Notes under the pieces: generated by a model | Seen by the model: only the letters and a program-made list of their open reading frames with translations | The model's database searches: none | What the model was told of the DNA's origin: nothing | In this document: in pieces, positions 1 through 7,219 of the stretch | Layout of the letters: the number at the start of each line of letters is the position of its first letter | How positions within the stretch are numbered: the stretch's first letter is position 1 | Program-made: the position numbers and the translations under genes | DNA from: Patescibacteria group bacterium | GTDB lineage: Bacteria > Patescibacteriota > Minisyncoccia > Phycocordibacterales > JAACPR01 | Direction of reading: 5' to 3' | NCBI GenBank assembly: GCA_022711495.1 | Contig: JAKLEX010000001.1 | Coordinates: 436,882-500,881, forward strand | Length of the DNA: 64,000 nucleotides

Positions 1-150
1 GGCAAGTTCATAGATTTTGCTTATTTTACGGATTTGCCGGCGCCATCGCTTTGCATACGATCTTTAATTCTTTTATAATTAGGCAAGGAAATTTCACGTT
101 AGTAGGATTTTCTGTCGTATGGGTGGCAATAATAGTCATCATTTTATTAT

Positions 151-660
151 TTGAGAAAGTTAAAAAAATTAAGTCTTAAAACCATGAGAAAAAAGAGATC
201 GTTTTTTGAAAGATTAACTGGCACCGTTCGCGCCGATGATTTTGATGATGAAAATGACAGTAACGATTTTGAAGGAGAACGACCACAACGAAGCGCTTCT
301 GATTCAAGTGAAATTGAGTCAGCCTCAAATACCGGGCAGCTGGCTATTGATGTCATAAACACTCCGGCCGAAATAGTCATCCGCGCCATGATTGCTGGCG
401 TTAAACCTCAAGATTTGGATGTTCAAATAACTCGAGACATGGTAACGATCAACGGTTCAAGAGAAGAAGAGATTGAGGTCAATGAAGAAGACTATTACCA
501 CCGAGAGCTTTTTTGGGGATCATTTTCACGAAACATTTTGCTACCAGAAGAAGTTGATGTGGAATTGGCCGAAGCCAAGGAAAAACACGGCCTCCTAGAA
601 ATTCACCTGCCAAAGATAGACAGAAATCGCAAAACAAAACTTAGCGTAAAGAGCAACTAA
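151..660 (+). CDS. Hsp20/alpha-crystallin family small heat-shock protein. An alternative start at 184 gives MRKKRSFF.
   Basis: ORF translation shows an alpha-crystallin-domain-like C-terminal half (INTPAEIVIRAMIAGVKPQDLDVQI..., GLLEIHLPK) with a disordered acidic N-terminus. Recognised by family motif recall only. Confidence 0.7.
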   Translation: MRKLKKLSLKTMRKKRSFFERLTGTVRADDFDDENDSNDFEGERPQRSASDSSEIESASNTGQLAIDVINTPAEIVIRAMIAGVKPQDLDVQITRDMVTINGSREEEIEVNEEDYYHRELFWGSFSRNILLPEEVDVELAEAKEKHGLLEIHLPKIDRNRKTKLSVKSN

Positions 661-766
661 TTTATCTCACACAGGATACGAGAATATTGACAATATCTCT
701 ATATTTGTTATAATATAACAAGGATTTGAGTGAACGTTAGGTAAAATCACCAAAAAGGAGATCAGA

Positions 767-988
767 ATGAGGAGATGGATTCGGTTCTTTTTCGGAAGTC
801 CGAGGCGCGCGGTGGCAACATTGAGCGTGGTCGCCATCCTATGGTTGGTCAATTGGACCAACCCCGGGCTTATCGCCGGAGTGGCGATGCGGACAATGCA
901 CGAGCTTCAACCGCTGATTGAGGGGGGCATCATCCTCCTTATAATGTACGGCGGATTCCGAATGATTATCTACGGCCTGAAGAAATAA
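767..988 (+). CDS. Small hydrophobic membrane protein of about two TM segments. Hypothetical.
   Basis: Strong RBS AAAAGGAGATCAGAATG lies upstream and a rho-independent terminator follows. The ORF is hydrophobic. Confidence 0.4.
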   Translation: MRRWIRFFFGSPRRAVATLSVVAILWLVNWTNPGLIAGVAMRTMHELQPLIEGGIILLIMYGGFRMIIYGLKK

Positions 989-1039
989 CGGCCGGATAAT
1001 CGCTGGCCCATGGCCATAGCGACGGTGCGAACAAAAACC

Positions 1040-1082
1040 GAAAAACCGCTACGCAGAGATTGCTTAGCGGTTTTTTATTTTG
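1040..1082. terminator. Bidirectional intrinsic terminator. Stem CCGCTA/TAGCGG, with A-tract upstream and T-tract downstream.
   Basis: The hairpin aaccgcta-cgcagagattgc-ttagcggtt is followed by TTTTTTATTTT. The minus-strand version follows tRNA-Phe. Confidence 0.5.
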
Positions 1083-1125
1083 ATGTCACGCTTATCGGCA
1101 CGGGCAATGATTTTGATACTAAGTG

Positions 1126-1198
1126 TGTCAAGAGGCGGGTTCGAACCGCCGACCCCCCGCTCTTCAGGCGGATGCTCTACCAACTGAGCTATCTTGAC
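1126..1198 (-). tRNA. tRNA-Phe, anticodon GAA
   Basis: The reverse complement folds as a cloverleaf: acceptor GTCAAGA/TCTTGAC, D-arm GCTCAGTTGGTAGAGC, anticodon loop CTGAAGA, T-loop GGTTCGAAC. No CCA is encoded. Confidence 0.85.
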
Positions 1199-1220
1199 AT
1201 AAAAACATCAATCTCCTCTT

Positions 1221-1508
1221 TTAGTTTCTGTTCAACAAACTTTTGAAATCAAAATCGGGAACCTTGTCCTTAACTTCCTGTATCTGGCCGACACCTTCCA
1301 TCACCGCGTCGTAAGACGACATAATGGCGCTTATTACTGGTTGGACGAAGGTGTAGGCGCCAAAAATAACAAGGGCGATGATAACCCACTTAACGAGTGT
1401 AAACAAGGTCCCGATTCTGGACTTGCGCCGTAGCCCGTGCAGAATTTTATTATTTTCGGCTACCAGTCTTTTCAGTTCTGTGATTTCTTTTTCGGTGTCC
1501 ATCGCCAT
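1221..1508 (-). CDS. Hypothetical small membrane protein (N-terminal coiled region plus one TM).
   Basis: ORF only. There is a hydrophobic stretch VIIALVIFGAYTFV. No recognised family. Confidence 0.35.
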   Translation of the reverse strand: MAMDTEKEITELKRLVAENNKILHGLRRKSRIGTLFTLVKWVIIALVIFGAYTFVQPVISAIMSSYDAVMEGVGQIQEVKDKVPDFDFKSLLNRN

Positions 1509-1553
1509 GGGAAAATATTATCATAATTTCCGGGGAAATCAAAAACCAGATCT

Positions 1554-1628
1554 TGGTGCCCCCGGCAGGAATCGAACCTACATCCCCTCCTTAGGACGGA
1601 GGTGTTCTGTCCATTGAACTACGCGGGC
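1554..1628 (-). tRNA. tRNA-Arg, anticodon CCT. The 3' CCA is encoded.
   Basis: The reverse complement reads GCCCGCGTAGTTCAATGGACAGAAC-ACCTCCGTCCTAAGGAGG-...GGTTCGATTCC...CGGGGGCACCA. The anticodon loop is GTCCTAA. There is one G.G mismatch in the acceptor stem. Confidence 0.7.
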
Positions 1629-1685
1629 TCCAGATAAATTTAGCACAATTTTTATGGATTGGTCTAATTGGCCCGGCCAGTAATT

Positions 1686-1931
1686 CTATAAACCTAATAG
1701 TTTTGAGATGCGCTCTTCCTGGAAACCGACAATTACTTCTTCGCCCGAGTCCGTGACAATAATGATCACTGGCACTCCCATTTGACCAGATTTATCAACC
1801 ATCTCTTTTCTCTTTTTCAAATCTTCGGAGACGTCAAAATTCTCATATTTAATTTTATGAGCGTCAAAAAATTCTTTGGCTAAATTACAATAGATACAAG
1901 TCGGTGTTGAATAAATTTTTACAGTTGACAT
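1686..1931 (-). CDS. Glutaredoxin/NrdH-like thiol-disulfide redoxin (CxxC)
   Basis: The 81-aa ORF has an N-terminal CIYC active-site motif in the position typical of the thioredoxin fold (KIYSTPTCIYCNLAKEF) and a later GVPVI element. Confidence 0.7.
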   Translation of the reverse strand: MSTVKIYSTPTCIYCNLAKEFFDAHKIKYENFDVSEDLKKRKEMVDKSGQMGVPVIIIVTDSGEEVIVGFQEERISKLLGL

Positions 1932-1974
1932 ATCAATTAAATTACCAATAACAATCTTAAAATTGTATCAAAAC

Positions 1975-2358
1975 TTAGAAAGTAATCCAAGAGAGAATCT
2001 TGTCCCAGATTGACTCAATAAAAGATGTCTCTTCGGCCGGCGGAGCTGGTTCTTCTTTATCAATGATCATGATCGCCTTTTCATCTTCTTTAGCCAGAGA
2101 AAAACGACTCCGCGCCTCTTCTTCCTGGCCAACCGGGCTCTCCAGATCGCTTATTTTGTCCGCCAGTCTTTCTTTTTTCTCATCCAATTCTTCCAGCTTA
2201 TTATTGACAAGCTCCAGCTGACGGCGACTTTCACGGGTTTTTTTATAAATCTGATACGTTTCGTGCAAGAGAAAAACCAAAACAATAGCCAGCAAAACGG
2301 CCGAGACTCTAGAATAGATTGTCTTCCGAATTAGTTTCCTTTGTTCAAACTCGCGCAT
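1975..2358 (-). CDS. FtsB/DivIC-like septum formation initiator (one TM plus coiled coil).
   Basis: An N-terminal TM segment is followed by a leucine-rich coiled coil: QLELVNNKLEELDEKKERLADKISDLE. Confidence 0.5.
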   Translation of the reverse strand: MREFEQRKLIRKTIYSRVSAVLLAIVLVFLLHETYQIYKKTRESRRQLELVNNKLEELDEKKERLADKISDLESPVGQEEEARSRFSLAKEDEKAIMIIDKEEPAPPAEETSFIESIWDKILSWITF

Positions 2359-2547
2359 GTAAAAATATGGATTATGTGCTATATTTTAGCATAATTAATA
2401 TGTCGTTTTTATTTCACAAAAAAGGACGAAAAATCATGAGCAATATCTGGAAGATCATTGCCCTTTTGGTTGCTATCAGCATGATCCTGTTATACGCACC
2501 AGGACTAGTGAGAATATTTATCGGCTAATTGCCAACCAATCGGCCGG

Positions 2548-4341
2548 TTAGCCGTTTCTCATCATTTTTAAAAAGACATCTTGGCTGATATTGACCCGGC
2601 CCAGAGATTGCATTTTCTTCTTCCCCTTTTTCTGTTTCTCTCGCAATTTCATCTTGCGCGTAATATCACCACCATACATGTGTTGAGTAACATTTTTTCT
2701 CATGGCAGAAAGGGTTCTCGAAGAAATTATTCGACCTAGGGCCTTGGCTTGAATTTTTGTGGTAAACATCTGTCTCGGCAAAAGACCATAAAGTTTTTCT
2801 ACCGATTTTTCCGCTTCTTCCTGAATTCTTTGTCTGGAGACAATTTTGGCAAAAGCCGGCACTTCTTCTTCGGCTACCAACATTTCAAGCTTCACCACGT
2901 CGGCCAATCGATAATCTAACAATTCATAAGAAAGCGAAGCGTAACCGGAAGAAGCACTTTTCAATTCATCAAAGAAATTTCTCATCAATTCGCGGAGCGG
3001 CATTTCCGCATGAACGGAACTGCGATTATTGCTTAAATTATCCACCTCGCCAGTTAAGGCTTCATGACTATACAAAATTCCCATGATTTCTCCCAAATAT
3101 TGATTGGGCAAGATAATTTTTATCGCCACCCACGGTTCTTCAACTTTTTCAATGTCACCGTAATCCGGAAAAGCAATAGAAGAGTAAGCGATCAAACTTT
3201 CGCCTTTTTTAGTAATTATCTTATAAGTGATGCTCGGCAAGGTCACAATCAAATCCAGGTCAAACTCTCGGCGAAGACGTTCCGTGATAATTTCCAAATG
3301 GAGCATTCCGAGAAAGCCGCAACGGAAGCCGCGGCCGGCCGTCCCAGAAGTTTCCTCTTCAAAAGTTAAAGAACTGTCTGACAATTTCAACTTGGCCAAC
3401 GCGGATTTCAAATCGGTGAAATCATCTTGGCTTTCCGGAAAGATGCTGGCCCAAACAACTGGTTTCGGTTCTTTGTAACCACCCAACGGAGCCAGCGTTG
3501 ATTTGTTTAAAAGCAACGTATCGCCGACTTTGGCGACGCCCGGTTCTTTTATGCCGGTAACAATATAGCCGATTTCTCCGGCGGAAAGACGCTCGGTTTT
3601 CTTTTCCTGTGGCGTGAAAATTCCCACTTCGCCCGGAGTAAAAACCTTATCTGAAGCGACAAATCGCGTCGGCCGGGCCGTATCAATTTGACCGTCAAAA
3701 ACCCGAGCATAAACAATGACGCCTCGGTGGTTTGAATATGAAAAATCAAAAATCAACGCGCGAAAATCTTTGTCATTGTCAAATTGGCTGCGCGGACACG
3801 GTACGCGCTCAACGATGGTGACTAGCAATTCCGGAACCCCTTGCCCGGTTTTACCGGAAACTTCTAGAATATCTTCGCGGCGACAGCCCAGCAAAGTTAC
3901 GATTTCGCTTTTAACTTCGTCAATCCGCGCAATCGGCGAATCTATTTTTGAGATGACCGGGACAATCGCCAGTTTCAGTTCTTTGGCCATTTCCAGCGTC
4001 GTCAGAGTTTGAGCCTGCACCCCTTGGGTGGCATCAACCAAAAGAATCGTCCCTTCAACGGCCTTCAGCGCCCTGGAAACTTCATAAGCGAAATCAATGT
4101 GCCCGGGCGTATCAATTAAATTCAAAACGTACTTTTCTCCTTTATGCGAGAAATTCATGCGAACCGGGCGCATTTTGATGGTAATGCCGCGCTCACGCTC
4201 TAATTCCATGTCATCCAAAATCTGTTCGCGCATCAATCTTTTTTCCACCGTGCCAGTAATTTCAAGCAAGCGATCAGCCAAAGTAGACTTGCCGTGATCA
4301 ATGTGGGCGATTATGGAAAAATTACGGATCCGATTAATCAT
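2548..4341 (-). CDS. lepA: Elongation factor 4 (LepA) GTPase
   Basis: The N-terminus NFSIIAHIDHGKSTLADRLLE, DTPGH, a G domain and a LepA-type C-terminus all match. Length is 597 aa. Confidence 0.95.
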   Translation of the reverse strand: MINRIRNFSIIAHIDHGKSTLADRLLEITGTVEKRLMREQILDDMELERERGITIKMRPVRMNFSHKGEKYVLNLIDTPGHIDFAYEVSRALKAVEGTILLVDATQGVQAQTLTTLEMAKELKLAIVPVISKIDSPIARIDEVKSEIVTLLGCRREDILEVSGKTGQGVPELLVTIVERVPCPRSQFDNDKDFRALIFDFSYSNHRGVIVYARVFDGQIDTARPTRFVASDKVFTPGEVGIFTPQEKKTERLSAGEIGYIVTGIKEPGVAKVGDTLLLNKSTLAPLGGYKEPKPVVWASIFPESQDDFTDLKSALAKLKLSDSSLTFEEETSGTAGRGFRCGFLGMLHLEIITERLRREFDLDLIVTLPSITYKIITKKGESLIAYSSIAFPDYGDIEKVEEPWVAIKIILPNQYLGEIMGILYSHEALTGEVDNLSNNRSSVHAEMPLRELMRNFFDELKSASSGYASLSYELLDYRLADVVKLEMLVAEEEVPAFAKIVSRQRIQEEAEKSVEKLYGLLPRQMFTTKIQAKALGRIISSRTLSAMRKNVTQHMYGGDITRKMKLREKQKKGKKKMQSLGRVNISQDVFLKMMRNG

Positions 4342-4365
4342 AATTAAAGAGATATTAGCACGAGT

Positions 4366-6048
4366 CTAACCGGAAAGCTCCTCTTGGTCTATCAGGACAT
4401 TTCTGGTGCGCCAGACTTTATTTTTTATTGATTTGGCAACTTCCAAGATTTCCTCGTTTCGCAATAAAATCAGAATCAGCGCGCCAACAACTAATCCGAC
4501 GACGCCCGACAAAAATCCTTGCAAAAATATTCCGACTAATCGTGATTGATCCAGAATAACAGCAAAAAACTGTAGAGAAACATAAGACACCACGCCGGCG
4601 ATTAAAGAAGCAAACATTGTTTGAACCAGAGTCCGCCAAATAGTTAAAGAAAATCCACGGAAATCTTTTTCAAAAATAACCCACAATAAAACTACATTGA
4701 TGATAGACCCGACAGAAAAAGCCAGCGGCAGCATCAAAACAACCGAACCGGGCAAAGAAGAAACTCGCAACAGACTTTCAAAGAAATGACGAAAGCCAAC
4801 TGACGAATTAAAGATTTCGGCAAAAACAAAAGTCAGGGCGATGGTAATAATCATTGAAAAAAGATTTATCAAAAGCGGTTTCTTGGTCTGGCCGGCGGAA
4901 TAATATCCCCGGACAAACAGCAAAACTAGGCTCTGGGCCAGAGCCGAGATCGAGAAAATAGCTAGTGCTGCGGCCGTTAATTTGGTATCGGCCCAGTCAA
5001 ATTCGCCCGTTCCCAGAACAGTTCTGACGATCTGAGCACGCAAGACGATAAACATGACAATGATCGGTGTAGACCAAAAAATAATATGTCGGGCGGCAGC
5101 GATTAAATGGCCGAGAAAATCTTGGTGGTTTCCATCAGAAAAAAGTCTTGATAAGGTCGGGAAGGCCGCCATGGAGTAACTTACACCAATTATGGCCAAA
5201 GGAACGGCTTGTAAGTTATAAGAAAAATTAAAAATGGCAATAGAACCAGAAATCAGGGTGCCAGCAACCGCCACGAAAACAAATAAAATCAATTGCGTTG
5301 AGCCGAGAGTGATGGCTCGCGGCAAAGAAACCAAAACAACTTCCCTAACTACTGGCCAATTAATTTTCAAAGTTAATTTTGGAATAAGACGATTTCTAGC
5401 CACTGAAGGAAGCTGAATGATGACATGAAGTAATAATCCAACGACAACGCCGTAAATTAGACCGATAGTGCCAAAAACTGGATAAAAGAAAACAATTCCA
5501 ACGATAATACCAAGATTATAGACAACCGGGCTCATGGCATAAACAAAAAATCGGCGATAGGTTTGCACGATACTGCCAAAAAGTTGCGAGATGCCAAGTA
5601 GGATTGGCGATAAAAGCAGGATTCTGGTAAACAAAATTAGATCTCCGCCATACTGCCCCTTAACCAAAAGCGGCATAAAAGTTTTCAAGATAGTTGGAAT
5701 AAAAATAAAAACCAGAACAGATGTGGCCAAAACGGCAATCATGAATATTGAAAATAAGCTGTCAATCATTTCTTTCATTTTAGACTTGTCTAAAATAGTT
5801 CTAGACAAAAAAGGAATTAGTACAGAAGCAGAAATAAAAGAAGTTACCAAGACAAACAGAAAATCTGGAATTCTAAAAGAGGCGTAGTAAATATCAACAA
5901 TTTCCGAGGCACCGAAAGTATGAGCCAGCAATCTGTCCCTGATGACACCAAGAATTTGCGAAAAAAAAGTGAAAAAAGCCAACAAATAAGCGGCTTCGTG
6001 GAGACCCTTGATTTCCCTATTAAAAAAGCGGAGGATTCGCTCGACCAT
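4366..6048 (-). CDS. murJ: Lipid II flippase MurJ (MviN family)
   Basis: The 560-aa protein is polytopic with about 14 TM segments. The N-terminus (LLAFFTFFSQILGVIRDRLLAHTFGAS...DIYYASFRIPDF) is characteristic of MurJ. Confidence 0.85.
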   Translation of the reverse strand: MVERILRFFNREIKGLHEAAYLLAFFTFFSQILGVIRDRLLAHTFGASEIVDIYYASFRIPDFLFVLVTSFISASVLIPFLSRTILDKSKMKEMIDSLFSIFMIAVLATSVLVFIFIPTILKTFMPLLVKGQYGGDLILFTRILLLSPILLGISQLFGSIVQTYRRFFVYAMSPVVYNLGIIVGIVFFYPVFGTIGLIYGVVVGLLLHVIIQLPSVARNRLIPKLTLKINWPVVREVVLVSLPRAITLGSTQLILFVFVAVAGTLISGSIAIFNFSYNLQAVPLAIIGVSYSMAAFPTLSRLFSDGNHQDFLGHLIAAARHIIFWSTPIIVMFIVLRAQIVRTVLGTGEFDWADTKLTAAALAIFSISALAQSLVLLFVRGYYSAGQTKKPLLINLFSMIITIALTFVFAEIFNSSVGFRHFFESLLRVSSLPGSVVLMLPLAFSVGSIINVVLLWVIFEKDFRGFSLTIWRTLVQTMFASLIAGVVSYVSLQFFAVILDQSRLVGIFLQGFLSGVVGLVVGALILILLRNEEILEVAKSIKNKVWRTRNVLIDQEELSG

Positions 6049-6080
6049 AATTTCTAAAATTATACTACAAAAAACTCAAA

Positions 6081-6103
6081 CAAAAAACCGGCGCGAAGCC
6101 GGA
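6081..6103 (-). terminator. Intrinsic terminator closing the RNase P RNA gene
   Basis: On the minus strand, CCGGCTTCGCGCCGG is followed by TTTTTTG. Confidence 0.6.
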
Positions 6104-6108
6104 TTTTT

Positions 6109-6501
6109 GCGAACGTATCTATAAGCCGAATTCTGTTGAAAGTAATAATTTATCTGGGCTCAAGGTCGCCCTTGAGCTCTAGCGGCACTCTGACACGCGG
6201 CCCTTGCGGAACCACCATCAGCACGGCCTTGCACGCAAGTAAGGATTTTGCCGTTTCACCCCGACAATTACTTGTCGGACTCATCCAAATCATTTTCCTC
6301 GAGGGGTAAATGATTTGGAAGCTCTTTCCTTTCGGAAAAAAGCGTCTCTGCTCGCACCTCTTCGGAAAAGAATCTGTTACCAGAAACTTTTCTTTAGGCG
6401 GGTGTTACCCGCTACCGTTTTGCTGTCACTTGCGCGACAGCGCGTGTTCGGACTTTCCTCTCCTCACGTAAAACGCGAGGAGTAATTACTCGGTACGTCC
6501 G
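6109..6501 (-). ncRNA. rnpB: RNase P RNA, bacterial type A-like (rnpB)
   Basis: The minus strand carries P4 5' strand GAGGAGAGGAAAGUCCGAAC, GGGUAACACCCGCC (E. coli has CCAGGUAACGCCUGG), GGUGAAACGG, and P4 3' strand ACAGAAUUCGGCUUAUAG (E. coli has ACAGAACCCGGCUUA). Stems pair 5'-CGGACGUA with 3'-UACGUUCG as P1. Length is about 393 nt. There is no credible ORF; the track ORF 6412..6660 is spurious. Confidence 0.8.
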
Positions 6502-6506
6502 AAATA

Positions 6507-6535
6507 ATAATACAATAAAATTAGGAGAAAGTAAA
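6507..6535 (-). promoter_or_regulatory. Putative sigma70 promoter of rnpB
   Basis: The minus strand reads TTTACT-N17-TATTAT, ending about 6-7 nt before the inferred RNA 5' end. Confidence 0.4.
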
Positions 6536-6607
6536 TGATGATAAATAAAAAGTTGGGTTACCCACGATGTGAGTAACCCAACGGCGAGACAAGACGACTT
6601 TTTCCCC

Positions 6608-7120
6608 TCAAGCGCCTCGAGTGATAGCAAAGGCAACTTCGGCGCCGACCACATCCTCAAGATTTGAGGCGCTCAACTTGAGCCAACCGCCACGCCTCTC
6701 CACTTGTACCACCCACAAATCCCCGTTACGTTCACGAAGAATCGTACCGCCGAAGATTATGACCCTGGCGGCGAACCGGTGTTCCTCAAGAACCATGTCC
6801 CAGAGGTTTTTGTTTCCCCTGCCCGTCGTGATAAATGCTTTCGCGAATCGAGCATCGAGAGGAATAAAACCGTAGCTTTTTATTCGCTCAAGCTTCCTCT
6901 TGATCGACGTCTCCCCGACTATCCCCCTCTTGGATGCATCGTCGCAGACCATTGCGGTTGTGTTCAGTGTTAAAAGGGCTTCGCTTCTCTTGTCCTGACA
7001 AAAGACCGAAAAATCGTCACCGAAAACCTGAACTGGATCAAATGGCGGCAAAGTCATTTGGCTTTCCCCCAAATACGGACCGGTCAAAACGACGGGCTTA
7101 GATGATAATCCTTTCGACAT
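6608..7120 (-). CDS. Hypothetical protein. GC-rich orphan of about 170 aa with strong expression signals.
   Basis: The ORF is at roughly 52% GC against a ~38% background. The ATG at 7118-7120 is preceded by AAGAGGAG. The track ORF begins at a TTG six nt upstream. A hairpin plus T-tract terminator lies at about 6550-6590. No family recognised. Confidence 0.5.
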   Translation of the reverse strand: MSKGLSSKPVVLTGPYLGESQMTLPPFDPVQVFGDDFSVFCQDKRSEALLTLNTTAMVCDDASKRGIVGETSIKRKLERIKSYGFIPLDARFAKAFITTGRGNKNLWDMVLEEHRFAARVIIFGGTILRERNGDLWVVQVERRGGWLKLSASNLEDVVGAEVAFAITRGA

Positions 7121-7176
7121 TGTCAATCTCCTCTTGGTAAGTTTGTTTTACTCGTTCACCCCACACTCCGTGACCT

Positions 7177-7204
7177 ATTATACAGATACTTTATACTTTG
7201 TCAA
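7177..7204 (-). promoter_or_regulatory. Consensus sigma70 promoter (TTGACA-N16-TATAAT) for the 170-aa orphan gene
   Basis: The minus strand reads TTGACAAAGTATAAAGTATCTGTATAAT. A GAGGAG RBS and ATG follow 50-60 nt downstream. Confidence 0.55.
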
Positions 7205-7219
7205 CTCTTTATTTATCGC

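Noticed and set aside
3064-4297. Several 60-100-aa ORFs on the plus strand inside lepA, with similar antisense ORFs inside nrdJ, typA, murJ and RNase J
   Set aside because: They are antisense to confidently identified, full-length conserved genes. They carry no RBS or promoter signals and are typical shadow ORFs.
6412-6660. 82-aa minus-strand ORF overlapping the RNase P RNA 5' region
   Set aside because: The region carries all the conserved RNase P RNA motifs and stems. The ORF is an artefact of reading a structured RNA gene.
6608-7126. Considered the 170-aa GC-rich ORF as a homing endonuclease or group I intron passenger, given its position next to a structured RNA and an RNR gene
   Set aside because: No LAGLIDADG, GIY-YIG or HNH motifs are present. 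The RNR ORF is uninterrupted and complete (ATP cone through the C-terminal Cys pair). The adjacent structured RNA is RNase P RNA, not an intron.
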